Positions 48,952-63,055 of a stretch of 64,000 bases of DNA are shown here, in pieces (within the stretch, counting starts at the first letter, position 1; each line of letters starts with the position of its first letter). The notes below the pieces were generated by a model. That model did not search any database and had not been told where the DNA came from. It saw only the letters and a list, made by a program, of their open reading frames with translations. The stretch lies in NCBI RefSeq assembly GCF_009914755.1, contig NC_060927.1. The stretch is one strand, 5' to 3'. Position numbers and translations under genes: made by a program. Origin of the DNA: the human T2T-CHM13v2.0 reference genome, Homo sapiens.

Positions 48952-49397
48952 TTAGTTCTGCTTTCAGAAGCCTCCACTGTCTCAAATTTCCCCATCCAAC
49001 AGGCAACCTCCGAAACTTGGAAAACCCTAACAACTGTTTTACTCCCACTCCAATACTGCTAAGTGCAAGTGGATTCAGGTTATACATGATCTCTGTGATT
49101 TCAGACTGTAAGTTTTTGCATACCATTCTATCAAAGATGTCAAGCATAATGTCTAAAACATATTATTTATAACAGCATTACCACGAAGAACAATAGTTAT
49201 ATATTAAAGTTTACTATGTGCTAGACACTGTACAGTTTAGATGTATCATTTTAGTTCATCTTCTTAGCAATCCTATGAGGTCAATACCATTACCCTTCTC
49301 ATAATAAAAACAAGTAAAATAAGCATGAGGAAGTTGACACCATTCAATAAATACTTTCTAAAGAAATTGAAGTGTGTTGGTACATTACCCCAGAATT

Positions 49398-50001
49398 GTT
49401 TTAATAGACTTTATTTTTAGAGCAGTTTTAGATTCACAGAAAAATTGATTGGAAGTTACAGAAATTTCTCACATACTACCTGCCCCATACATGTATAGCC
49501 TCTTCCATTATCAACATCCCCCACAAGAGTAGGATATTTGCTACAACTGATGAACCTACATTGACACATCATCATCAAGAGTCCATAGTTCACATTAGGG
49601 TTCACTCTTGATGTTGTATATTCTGTAGATGTAGGCAAATATATAGTTATATGCATATATATATGATGGACATATATATCCATCATTTTAGTATCATACA
49701 GAGTAGTTTCACTGGCCTAAAAATCCTCTATACTCTGCCTGTTCATCTCCTCCTGTTTCCTGGCAATCAGTGATCTTTGTACTGACTCAATAGTTTTGCC
49801 TTTTCCAGAATGTCATGTAGTTGGAATAATGCGGCATGTAGTATTTTTGGATTGGCTTCTTTCATTTAGTAATATGCATGTACATTTCTTCCTTGTCTTT
49901 TCATGACTTGATAGCTTATTTCCTCTTAGCACTGAATAATTGTCCATTGTCTGGATGTACCACAGTTAATCTATTGACCTACTCAAGGAAATCTTGGTTG
50001 A
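49398..50001 (-). mobile_element. L1MB (MB1/2-like) 3' end
   Basis: aatagactttatttttagagcagttttagattcacagaaaaattga is typical of L1MB 3' termini. Confidence 0.8.
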
Positions 50002-50927
50002 GATTTTTTTTCAAAGTGGCATTAACTCATATCCTCTCAAGTTGAGTCCTGATATCAATATTTAAAGTAGACAAGGTCACATTCTACATTGACTCAGGTA
50101 AGACCTGAATGAAACATGTTTATATTTTACTAACTTGCAACAACAAAATGTAACTATTTTAAAATTTATTTTTTAACAACAGCAATAATTAGACCTTTTT
50201 AATATTTATCAGTTTTTATACCTGGGCTTATAGTTTCTAAAGCATTTAATTCATCCCCAAAGAGCAACTGAGGCTACCAGAATTGCAGAATCTCATTAAT
50301 ACAATACAATACAGATGTTGATATGGAAACAGGCAGACTTGGGGAAATCTCTTTGAGCCTCACTTTTCTCATCTATAAAATGGGGATTAAAAATAGTGTC
50401 TTCCTCATAAAAGTATTTTAAGATTTAAAGACAAGTACAAAAAGTGCTAAAACATTGTCAGCATCAATAAATTGCGATCAGCCCTAAGGGCAATAAAGGA
50501 AATGATATCTTCACGTAGAAATTTAAAAACCTGTTTCTCAAATTGTTTTGCATAATTTGCAATTTACACGCGTAATTTCTGACAAAATTCTGAAAATCAT
50601 TAATGCATAGAATAAAGCAAGTCACCAGGAACTTTTTTAAAATATTTATAATCAATATAATGCAAGCTTTCGGATGGTGAAAAGCAATGGTCACCCACCA
50701 CATCCCTTCTAAATCCCAATTGCTTTCTCCAGAGGCAGCTACTTCTATGCCTTTTTACTTGTTTTTTTTTCTCACGCTAATTACACTACATTTTCAGCCA
50801 TACAAGGACACATAAAAGTTACCTCATGTATATTTTCTACAATTACTTGAGTATGTTTTTTATCAAAATAAGTAATAACTAAAAAAATGAGTACACAGTT
50901 TTACAGAAATCATGTAATCAATCTTTA

Positions 50928-52254
50928 TATATCTCAACATGTATAAAAGTCAACTCAAAATGTATTAATGTATTAAAGACTTAAAACATAAGACATGAAA
51001 CTATTAAACTACTAGAATAAATATAGGGAAAACATTTCAGGACATTAGTCTAAGCAAATATATTATAACTAAGACTTCAAAAGCACAGGCAACAAAAACA
51101 AAAATAGAGAAAAATGAGGGTATATTAAACTAAAAAGTTTCTGCACAGCAAAGAAAACAATCACCAGATTGAAGAGACAACCTGTTGAATGGGAGAAAAT
51201 GTTTGCAAACTATTTATGTGACAAGAGATTAATACCAGAAAATATAAAGAACTCGATTTAACGGCAAAAAAAAAAAGAAAAGAAAATAGTGAGCAAAGGA
51301 TCTGCATAGACATCTTACAAAAAAAGACATACAAATGGCCAACAGGTATATGAAAAACTGCTAAACTTTACTAATCATGAGGGAAATGCAAGTCAATGAA
51401 ATATCATCTAACCCCAGTTAGAATGGCTATTACCAAAAGGACAAAAAAAAAATGCCAGCAAGGATGCAGAGAAAAGGGCATACTTATATGTTGTTGGTGG
51501 GAATGTAAATTAGTACAGCCATTATGGAACGCAGTGGGAGATTTCTTCAAAAACTAAAAATGGAACTACTATATAAGCTAGCAATCTCACTACTAGGTAT
51601 TTATCAAAAGCAAAGAAAATCAGTATATCAAAAGGATACCTGCACCCCCATGATTAATGCAACGCTATTCACAATAGCCAAGATATGGAATCAACCTAAG
51701 TGCCCATCGATGGCTAAATAGATAAAGAAAATGTGGTAAATATACATAATGGACCATTATTCAGTCATTAAAAGAAGGAAATCCTGTCATTTGCAGCAAC
51801 ATGGATGAAAATAGCGGTCATTATGGTAAGTAAAATAAGACAGACATAGAAAGACAAATGTCAATGTTCTAACTTACATGTGGAAGTTTAAAAAGTTAAT
51901 CTCATGGAGGTAAAGAATAGAATGATAGTTACCAGAGACAGGGAATGGGTGGCGAGGTGGTGGGCAGGTGGAGACAGCATAGAGAGGTAGGTTAATAGAT
52001 ACAAATGAATAGTCAGCTAAAAGGAGTAAGTTGTAGTGTTTGATAGCACAGTGAGATGACTATAGTTAACAGCAATATATTGTATATTTCAAAATAGCTA
52101 GAAGACATGAATGTTCACAACAAAAATAAATGATAAATGTTTGAGGTGATGTATATCCTAAATCACTTGACTTGATCATTACACATTATGTACATTTATC
52201 AAAATATCACTTGTACCCTATAAATATGTGTAAATATTATGTATCAATTAAAAA
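50928..52254 (+). mobile_element. L1MA 3' portion
   Basis: ORF2 C-terminal remnant (ORF 51524-51721, LFTIAKIWNQPKCPS) and an L1MA-type 3' UTR ending gtatcaattaaaaa. Confidence 0.82.
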
Positions 52255-52959
52255 GTAGGAAGACTAGAAACTCTAAGAAAAGCAAAAGCTGATAAAGAGA
52301 TGTATAATATTAGTAGCCACTGCTTCTGCAATAAATATACGTAGCCACAATTGTGTATTTGATTTGTAACTTTTAGATTAAACCTGTTCTAAGCTATGTA
52401 AACTTAGTAATGATAAGAAAATAGAGAAATATTATGAACTTCAACAATGTAAAAGTAGAAATTCTATAGTATAAAGCAAAAGAAAATTTAAGGGATCAAC
52501 AGGGGTTGATGAATATCATTTCACACAGTACAGAGTCAAAAACTACATTTGTTGTTAATGAAAACAAAGAGAAAGTTGATAGAGTGTTACTGAAAGCCAC
52601 GAAGATAACCAATTAAAACATTTTAAATACTGATATAAACATGTAAGGAGAATGGGGCTTAGCAGGTGGAATAATGGAAGTAATAAACTAAGTTATCATC
52701 TATCACAGCAAAAATTCAATAGGTTATTTCTGACACAAACTTTTTTAAAGTAGTGAAAGGAACTTATTAAACTTTCAACTCATTTTCCTGTTTTCAACCC
52801 CGTTCAACATCGCAAGTAGTGTTTGTACATCTTCTGGTGTCTCCAAGATAAACTTGCTCTACTTTATGCTATATTCTGCTTGGAGAATGTTCTGGACTGT
52901 AGCTACCCCTGCTTTATTGTCTCAGTTATTTGGTGTCCATCTGTTTTGTTTTTTGCCTC

Positions 52960-55900
52960 ACCTACTTTATTGAGGAATAATTTGCATAAGATAAATTATA
53001 TCAATTTAAAATGCAAAATTCTACGAATTTTAATAGTTGTGTATATCCTGAAGCCACCACCATAATCAAAATAGACATTCAAACCACCTTTAAGAGACTC
53101 CTCAGGTTTTTTTGCAGTCCTTCCCTGCCTTTGTCTCTGGACTCTGGCAACCATTCATCTGCTTTTTCGCACCTATATTAGTTTCGTTTTTATGTAAGTA
53201 GTATAATACAAAATGGACCCTTTTTATGTCTGGCTTCTTTAACTCAGCATAATGATTTTGAGATTCATCCATGTTGCATGTATCAGTAGTTTCCTGCTTT
53301 GTACTAACTGATAAGTAGCATTCAATTGTATGAATGGCACATCTTTTTTATCCATTCACCATTGATGAATTGGGTTGTTTCTAGTTTGAGGCTATTATGA
53401 ATACAGTGAACATTCATATATAGGATATTTTATGGACATATGCATCTATTCCTCATGGGTAAAGTCCTTGCAATGGAATGGCTGGGTCGTATTGTCAGCC
53501 ATATTTGTTTAGCCTTTTTTTACAAATGCCAAATAGTTTTCCAAAGTAGTTGTACCATTTTATATTACTATTAATAATGCATGAAGATTCTGTATGCTCC
53601 ATATTTCCACCAATGTAGGTATTTTTCATCGTTTTATCATCAGCCATTCTAATGAGTATAAACTGGAATTTCATTATCATTTAAAATTTCCCTGAAGACA
53701 GTGATGTTGACCATATTCCCTGAGATTTGGACTATTCAAATATCTTCTTTTGTGAGGTATCTGTTTAAATTTTGTGTCTATTTTTAAGTGAGTTTTTTTA
53801 AATGAGTTATTAGTCTTATTGTTAACTTATAAGAGATCTGTATATGGTCTGGATACAAATATTTTATCATGCAATTAATTCTCAAGTCTTATGGGTATTG
53901 TCTCCCATTCTGTGGCTTGACTTTATTTTTTAACAGTTTTTTAGAAATCAGAAGCTTTATTACACTTTGGTAAAATCAAATTTAATGATTTTTCTTCCAC
54001 TATAATTTGTATTCCTTTATACTAAGAGACCTTTGCTTAATCTAAAGTAGCTAAAATTTTCTCCAGTGTTGTATGTTTTATTGTTTTGACTTTTATGTCT
54101 ATGATTCATTTCAAGTTAATTTTTGTGTATCTGTAAAGAATTGATAATCATTATTTTTAATATGGATAACTAGGTATTTAATAGACTTTCCTTCACTCCA
54201 GTGGATTATCTTGGCACTGTCTTCAAATATCAACTGAACATATATTTGTGAGTCTATTTGAGGACTCTTTAAAGTATTGCTATGACGTATATCTCTGCTG
54301 TTCACCAATACCACACTGTCTGTATTATAACTTTAGAGTAAGTCTTGAAATCAAGAATTGTGCATCTTAAACTATGTTCTTTCTTAAAATATGTTTACCT
54401 TTCCATGTAAATTTTGGAACCAGCTTGCCAGCTTCTAAAGACAACCCCACTTGAATTTTGACTGGGACTATGTGGAATCTATAGATAAATTTGGGAATAA
54501 TTAACATTTTAATTATACTGAATCTTTAAATATATGCCTTCCATTTATTTAGGTCTTCTTTAAATTTCTCTCAACCATGTTCCATAATTTTCAGAGCAGA
54601 TGGTTTGTATATCTTTGAAAAATTAATTCCCAAGTACTTTATGATTTTAGTGTTCTTAGATATGACTTTTTAAAAATTCATTTACCAATTATTTGCTATT
54701 ATATAAAACTACAATTGATTTTTATTAACGTTGTATCCTGCAACTTGGTAAAATTCGCTTACTTTAATAGTTGATTTTTAGATTCCTGTAGATTTTCAAA
54801 GTAAATAGATTCATCATTTCCAAATGGAGACAGTGTTATCTTTTTTTTCTGATCCTCATGAATTATTTTCTCTTGCTTTTTTAGCCAGGTCTATGACATA
54901 CAATGCTGAATAGAAATGGTAAAAGTAAGCATCTTTGTTCCCAGTCTTAGGAGAGTACCATTAAGACTTTCACAAGGAAACAGGACGTTAGGTGCAGATT
55001 TTTTATAAATGCCTCTTATCAGATGGAGGCAGTTCCTTTCTATTCCTACTTTTCTAAGAGTTTTTATCAGGAATAGATGTTAAATTCAATCAGATGGACT
55101 TTTTTTCTGATTCCAGTGAAATGATATCATGGTATATCTCTTTCATTCTCTTAATATGTTAAATTATATTGATTGATTTCTTAATCTTAAGGTAACTCTG
55201 CATTCCTGAGATAAATCTCACTTGGTCAGGATATGTTATCTTTTATAAATATTGCAGGATTCAACTGCTAACATTTTGGTAAGGATTTTAACATTTAATT
55301 TCACGGAGAGAGTGGGTCTTTTTCTGTTTTTGTTTTTTGTGTCTTTCTCTGGTTTTGGTCTCAGGATAATTATGAAATCAGAAAATCATATGAAAATGTT
55401 TCTTTCTCTTCTATTTACTCAAGGCATTTGTATTAAATTTATATTGCTTCTTTTTTAACTATTTGATAGAATTTACCAAAGAAACCATATGGAATCAGAT
55501 AAGGTTCTCCAGCTTATCTATTTATTTTTCAGTAAACTTTAGTACTTTGCATCTTTCAAGGAATTTGTCCATTTAATCTAAGTTGCCTAATTTGTTGACA
55601 TTAGTGTTCTTAATACTCTTTTTTTATCCTTTTAATATTCATATGATTTGTGTAGAAAACCCATTTTTCATTTCTGATATTGCTGATTTGGCTTTTTTAA
55701 ATCAGTCTAATTACTGATTAAAAGTAATTAAAATTAAAAGTAATTCCATTACTTTTGTTGATCTTTTTAAAGAAACATCTTTTGGCTTTTTTCATTTGTC
55801 TGTTTTTTATGTCTTTGATGTCAGCTCTTATTTTATTATTTTGTTTCTTCTACTTGGATTTAGTTTGCGCTCCTCCTTCTAGTTTATTAGGATAAAACCA

Positions 55901-56208
55901 TAGGTCACTGATTTATAATATAAAAATAAGCTCTAAATCCCCTCTAAGAATAGTTTAGTTGTCTCCCAAAATTTTGACATACAGTATTTTAATTAACATT
56001 CAGTTAAAATTATTTTAAATTCCCCTTGTAATTTTTTATTGGAGTCATGGATTATTTAGATGTATGCTGTTCAATTTTCAAATACTTATATTTTGTTAAA
56101 TATCTTATGTGTATTCTGCAGTTGTTGGGTATTCTAAATATAAATTAGACCAAGGTGGAAAATTGTGTTGTTTAGATCCTTTATATCCTTACTGTTTGGG
56201 TGGTTGTT

Positions 56209-56239
<31 letters not shown>

Positions 56240-56335
56240 ATTTTCTGGTCTAATTGTTCCATCATTAGCTTAGAGAAGAGTTTTTTAAAACTTCTAATAT
56301 GTTGGAGTGACTGTCTGTCTCTCTTTAATTCTGTG
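52960..56335 (-). mobile_element. Old L1M (MC/MD-like) 3' UTR and ORF2
   Basis: Continuous diverged antisense L1 (ttttgagattcatccatgttgcatgtatcagtagtt; aatgctgaatagaaatggtaaaagtaagcatctttg). Confidence 0.75.
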
Positions 56336-56459
56336 TGCCCTTGAGTACACTGACTCCCCAAGTAGGGTTGTTAGCTCATTAAAAACATGTAAAACCCTTG
56401 AACAATGCATGGTTTATAGGAGGCACTCCACAAACATTAATTCTAAACAAACACTCTTT

Positions 56460-57330
56460 GTTTACTCAGGAAGCTAACCTAGTCTCCATTTTAGCCCTAC
56501 AAGGATATTAAAATCATTCTTTAGAAGATTGCTAATGACTTTCTAACAGCCAAATCCAGTATCCCTTTACCCACACGTTATCTAGTCCAGTTCTGCTGCA
56601 TTTGACACTGCTATCACCATTCCTTTCTTAAAAATGTCTCTTCCCTTGGTTTCTGTGATGTAGTCTCTGTTATTTTGCCATCTCTCTTGCCAATCTGATT
56701 GTGCCTTATCTCCTTCACAATTAGAGGTGTTCCCACAGGATCATATGTTAAAACTCTTTTTACTTTATATTTCCTCCCTTATTTTTTCCACTGCCACTTT
56801 CTCAACCACCACCACCACCATGCATTTGGTACTCCATCTTCCTCATCTCTGAACTTTCAACTGATTGTCAGATCCATATTGTCAACTGACTAATGAATAT
56901 TTTATCAGGGTAAAATCCCTGCACCCAAATTAAATATGTCTAAGTATAAACTTATTACCTTGATATCTTACTCTGAAACTTTTAATTTACTTGAGTTACA
57001 TATCTATGTTGTTTGATGTACTTAATCTCTTAGTCACTCAAGCAGAAAATATTACCATTCTGAGGAAGACAATAGCATATAATGGTTAGTACCAACAGCT
57101 CTAGAAATAGAGTGAGTTCAAAACCTACTCTCTGAGACTCAATTCTCACATTTTTATGGTTGGAATAGTACCTAAATGCTAGTATTATTAGGAGTTTAAT
57201 GAGACTGTGATGTATAAGGCAATTAGTACACCATAAATTTTTGCCCTCCTTATAATATCCAAATTCTCCCTTGCTTCCTACATGTATTCATTGCCAAAGT
57301 CTGGCAATTGAGAGCGCTTTGTTTTCAACC
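56460..57330 (+). mobile_element. L2 fragment with a nested MIR (about 57060-57232)
   Basis: aatgactttctaacagccaaatcca...ctgctgcatttgacactg...cttcccttggtttctgtga are L2 motifs. Confidence 0.6.
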
Positions 57331-57961
57331 CATTGTATGGTCACTTTGTTACTTTAATATTTTAATGTATTATTTCTAGTAGAAATCTAATAGAGCCTCT
57401 TTTACTTCAATTTTGCCAATTAGAAAAAAGTAACAACCAAAATTAAAGAATGGTTTGAAAAATACTGTAGTTACATCAAGAAAGTGGTACTTTACTTAAA
57501 TTCGCTTTGTTAAACCTCCAACAATGTCAATATCAGAGAGACAAATATGAAATGTAAAAAGTGCATTGTTGAAAGGATTTAAGATGTTGACTTAGGGATA
57601 GCTCATGCTGTTCTGATAATATGAATTTCTTAGTGTAATAATTAAATCTACACTGGGATACGATGTGAGACCACCATGGGTTTTTTTTTTTTTTTGAGAA
57701 TTATGTGTTTTACAGATTAAATAAGCATGAATCAGTAACTTAACTAGTGAAGTAAGCACATATTTAAACAGGTTCTCCAAATGAATACAAATGTCATTTA
57801 TATAGAAAAAGATATCAAACTTTAAATTGTTTATTTTCCATCTGAAAAAATCCTTAAATTCAGCAGCTATTCAAAAAGTTGGGCTTGTTGAATAAATAGT
57901 AACATTATTTCTTTTACTTCTTTATGGAAATACTTATATTCTCATCTTGATCCTTAAAAAA

Positions 57962-58137
57962 CAATAATTCTCAGCCTAGCTACACATTAAAATCACCTAG
58001 GTAGTGTTTTAAAATCCCAACGCCTCTGCCATACCCCAATCAATTAAATTGGAATTTGTGGGGCTGAAAAGCAGGCATCAACATTTTTAAAGGTCAGTAG
58101 ATGATTCCAGTGGCAGCCAGCAAATTGAGAACAGCTG
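57962..58137. mobile_element. MER5-like hAT-Charlie DNA transposon (MITE)
   Basis: caataattctcagcc...cacattaaaatcacct ... gatgattc...ttgagaacagctg decayed terminal inverted repeats. Confidence 0.7.
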
Positions 58138-58913
58138 CCTTTTCACTACTTGATGAGCCTTCATTTACCCCTGTGAGTGGCTACTAATATGCAATTTGGA
58201 AAACATCCTAAATAAATCACAAAAAGAAGTGGTCATTGTAAGTATCAGAAAATAGTAGCTGCCCAGATGGTTTATAAAGGGAAGAATCATTGCTTCCTTA
58301 GACAGTAATTCTCAAAACTGAAGGAGTAGTCTGGGTCCTTCTAGGAATAGCAAAAGCCAAAGGAAATTGACTTTAAGTGGATTTTTGTGAGTAGGGAAAG
58401 AATATGGGTTTGAAGCCAACAGAACCTGTATTGAATTTCAGTTGTGCTATTTTAACTGATTATGTGACAATAAACAAATAACTAGACCATTCTGAGTTCC
58501 CTCATCTACATAAGGCTATATTTTTGTTGTGAGGGTATTATGAAGTCATAATTTATATAAATTATATAGAAGCATCTTGCATGGATTCAAGTACCATGGT
58601 AAGTGCACAACAAAGATTAGTTCCAAATTTCTCCTACCTCTATGCCTTTCCTATTCTCTGTTACTTGGACTTGGGTTTATTAAACTTAAATTAACTCATC
58701 TGTAATCAGAGTGAGTCGTTTGAAATCTGTCATGTTTGATGCAGCCTGACTTATATGGTGGTAGACTGCTTACTAATGACTATCATGCTACTTTACTCTT
58801 TAAGCCACCTGTGACCTGGAAATCAGATGAAAAGTAGCTGGAACTCTCTTTAGAATTTCCTAACTGTGTTTTCTAAAACTCTGAATGTCGCAAAAAGTGT
58901 ACTTGGTATGGTG

Positions 58914-58942
58914 CACACACACACACACACACACATACACAC
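58914..58942. repeat. (CA)n microsatellite
   Basis: Seen directly. Confidence 0.95.
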
Positions 58943-59393
58943 AAACTTTCTGATGTCAAATAAAGTAGGGAAAAGCAGTATACTGGGGTTCCCCTATGAG
59001 AGATGTCCAGTGGAAAGTAAAATACTGAAGTTTCAGGGAAGTTCTTCAGTTGAGATGCCTTTTTACCCAGGATTTCCCAATTTTATTTGACCACCCTTCC
59101 CCACTACAAGCACCAATCAACAATTATAGTAGTCCAAGTCCAAAGAGCATAGATTGAGAATACTAACGAATGATATTATTGATGACTAGTCAAAAGCAAG
59201 AAAATTAATTTGATATGCTCCTCCTTGTCATTGGAAGAGACCCCATTCCGAGCCAACTCTAATCAAAGGAGGAAGCCAAAAAGTGTGGGAGAGGTTTTAA
59301 ATTTTGAGATGAAAATGTTAAATTAGAGATTTAAAGTAGAAAGTTTCATCAGTATCCTGGCTACTTGTGCTGTTAAATTTTTTTATAACTTCA

Positions 59394-59533
59394 GCTGGGC
59401 TTCGTGGCTCACATTTATAATCCCAGCATGTTGGGAGGCCTAGATGGGAGGATCACTTGAAGGCTGGAGCTTGAGACCAGCCTGGGCAACATAGTGAGAC
59501 CCATCTCTATTCTAAATGAATGAATGAATGAAA
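59394..59533 (+). mobile_element. FLAM (free left Alu monomer) with a (GAAT)n tail
   Basis: Single Alu left arm, no right arm; ataactt repeated on both flanks. Confidence 0.8.
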
Positions 59534-59773
59534 CATAACTTTAAAATTTTTTTGAACTTTAATGTATTACATGTGAACACAGTATCTAATATCTCACCCA
59601 GCGAGACAACTTCACTGTGTGACAAAAAATTATACTCAAATCCATTGTTTTCTTATTTTGTAACCTGAAAAATGGAAAGTAATGGAGGTAGTATAAAAGA
59701 GAGGTAATAAGATCTAAAAAAAAAAAAAGAATAAAAGGTTTACAGAAATTCTACCAAATATGACAAAATGTGT

Positions 59774-59955
59774 AAGGGTTGTCAGATAAAATATAGGACA
59801 GCAGGCTAAATTTGAATTTCAGACAAACAATACATATTTTTGTCAGTATAAGCATGCAATATCATAGACATACTAAAAAATGATTCATTGTATATCTGAA
59901 ATTCAGATTTAACTGAGAATTCTTATTCTTTCATTTGCTAAACCAGGCAACCTCA
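59774..59955. mobile_element. MER53 palindromic hAT MITE
   Basis: agggttgtcagataaaatatagga...aaatttgaatttcaga / tctgaaattcagattt...ggcaacc inverted arms. Confidence 0.8.
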
Positions 59956-62700
59956 ATGTGCTATCTACATTGCATCAAAAATGACGTACATTGAATATAA
60001 GCAAAAATAAAGATTTTTTTTAGTTTTCAAACACTGGCATGCCAAAAGTAATAAAGAAAGACAGACAACTTGGATTTTTTGCAAACAAATGATAAAAATT
60101 AGGACCAGCCTGAGAATTCAGAATAGCTGATTTGGCTACTACTTAGGATAGTAATATTCAAGGGGGAAAATGGAAAACTAAAAAGCAAATCTTAATTAAA
60201 TTTTGCATGAACTGCATAGAGAAATAAAGATTGACAGTGTGAAAAATAGGTACAAAAGCTATTTCAAACTGCAATTTATTTGTGTTATGAATCAATAAAT
60301 AGCTTTATTTGAATAAATGTAAAATTCCTTTAGCATAAAACTAAAGATAAGCCGAGAGAAATTTATGCACAACAGAGACGACATGAACTTCATTATACTT
60401 AAGTCAACATGTGAGAATTGTGCTGTCAGAGAACTATTTCTAAAAATAAAAAAGGAAGTTAAATGTATGCCAGTGTTATGAATTCATTCATTATAAATAT
60501 AAGAGATGTTTTCCTTTTATGTTTATATTAGCAGGATATGAAGTAATCAGAAATTCATTTGAAAACTAAATTATACAAATGGTATTGATTTGTATTTTAT
60601 TTTAATATTTGTACTCTTCAGTTTTATATATACAGAATCTCTGAAGTATCTAACTAATGGGAAAAATGTAAACACAGAATACAACTGACAATTTACTTTG
60701 TCCTTGCTTGGAAAGAACATTTTAAAATAATGAAAATTAAATTATTTCCAATATAACTCTTAAGCAAATGCAGACAACCTTCCCCTCACCAGATATTCTC
60801 TCTTTGGTTGTAGTTTAATCTAGTGATACTAATAGACAATAAATACCATTTTAACAACCCTGAAAATTATGTATTTTTTTTACTTTCTTGATAAATTCTT
60901 AATAGAGCAAATAATCATGTGTAATTTAATCCTCTTCAGTAATTTGCTAAGATTAAAAATACTGATTTATACTCTGATAATGATATTTTACAAAATTTGT
61001 TAATACATGGAAAATTAATGGTCTTGGGCAAGGGTTAGTGACATTTTTAACCTTCTGGTCAAATAAATCTACCGAATGTCAGTTATTGGACTTCTTCTTT
61101 ATTGAAGCATCCTTGTTTTCTTGATTTGTTTTTCACAGTTGATAATTTAATGTACAAGCCAAATCTATCCTAAGAATATTTTCCTGTGCTTCTGGACAAT
61201 AATCAGAAACAGTTATACTATTTCTGAAAAAGTATTGCACTATCAGTAGAGCAGTTCCTGCCACAACTATCTCTAGGAAAGCTTCTTATATTAGTCAAGA
61301 AGAAGATGCTGAGTTATCCTGATGTGCCTAATTGCCTAAACATGAAGAACTTTTAAAACTCAGACTTACTTTCACTAAATCTTTATTTGTCCCAAAAGTG
61401 AAGCCCCACAAGGAATAAAACAATGAGCCATTTGCTGTGTATTGTCCTCCAAGATGACAATAACTATCCTCTCTCCTCCAACGTGGCAACCTCCAGATTC
61501 TATGCCTTTTGACATTTCTGTGGGCCTCAAATGTTTTCTACAATATTAGGTCTTTGCAGGAAATCCATGATTTTATAGTTCAGAACCAAGAAGCTCTGAG
61601 TTTATGATCCCTCAACTTCTCAATGGAGGTGAAAGGATTTGAGAGAAAACATCTATGCTGGCACCTGAGGGTTAGAGATCTTAACTTTCTGTAAATTTAT
61701 GTCATGGTTTATCCCAACCTATCTAGCAACATATGTGCTTTGTCTTTCCAACTGAGTTGTAAACCCTTTGGAAGCAAGGTCTATACTTCATTCTTACTCT
61801 TCAGAGCCCCAGAGCACCAGGTTCATACTTGGTGGGAGTTCATTAATAATTCAGAAATTAATACTAAGGAGTCAAATGCATCTTTCTTTCATTTATCTCC
61901 AGGAACTTTCTCCAATCCAAGCCAGCTTTCCTTGCATTCCTTGCAGCAGGACTCAGGAACCCAAACTAGTGTCTTTTTCCTCTAACACCCTCACAAGCCC
62001 CTTGAGGCTCTTTTTCCCTAAATTGGCTGCCGGGTGCTTTAACTCAATTATCACAGGTCTCCACTGACTTCCACTTAAGGATTTGGATTAACTATAAAAC
62101 TGCTATATAATTGTCCTTGAATATTAGAATATAAAACTATAATATATTCCTCACCCTTAATCTGAATTATTTCCTTCTGGGTATACATGACGCCAAAGTA
62201 AATCACTCCTACAGCTCTGATGTCATTTATTTACCCATAAGCATACCAATAAAAATAAGCAACATGGAGTAATTAGTAATAAAATTCTAAAATACTATTT
62301 GATATTTAGAGTTAATCAACGTAGTTTGGAGTAATCGCTCCTTTTTTGAAATTCCTTTTGCTGCCCTCCTCCTCCCTGAGCCACAACTCCTGACTCCACT
62401 CTCCAGATGACATCTGATAGCACCATACTCTGAAACCAATCCAAACCCTCTTCTCAGAGTTTACCAATAGGACAGAGTGCTATTGAGTAAATTAACTGCT
62501 GTATGAAGCCAGGCAGTTGAACAGGAAGGTTATACAACACTGGGGCCAGGACTGAAAACAGAGGGTTAGTAAAGGGAAAGAAGAGCAAAGAAAAATGTAG
62601 ATGGGAGAGACCACTAGGATCTGGAAAGATAGTAAGAGATGTTCCTTTCCAGTTTCCTTTCCAGTCCTCTGAGTAGCCCAGCTATAATTTGTTTCCTGCC

Positions 62701-63055
62701 TGATATGATATGGCTGTATCCTTATGCAAATCTCATCTTCACTGTAGCTCCCATATTTCCCAGGTGTCACGGGAGGGGCTTGTAGGAGGCAATTGAATCA
62801 TGAGTGTGGATCTTTCCCATGCTGTTCTCATGATAGTGAATAAGTCATGAGATCTGATGGTTTCATAAAGGGTTCCCCTACACAAGCTCTCTTGCCTGCT
62901 CCCATGTAAGATGTGCCTTTGCTCCTCCTTTGCCTTCTGCCATGATTGTGAGGTCTCAGCCATGTGGAACTGTGAGTCCATTAAACCTCTTTTTTAAAAT
63001 AAATTATCCAGTCTCAGCTATGTCTTTGTTAGCAGCATGAGAACAGACTAATATA
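62701..63055 (+). mobile_element. THE1 (B/C-like) MaLR solo LTR
   Basis: tgatatg...caaatctcatctt start, gccatgtggaactgtgagtccattaaacctc, gagaacagactaata end; 5-bp TSD ctgcc at 62696-62700 and 63056-63060. Confidence 0.92.
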
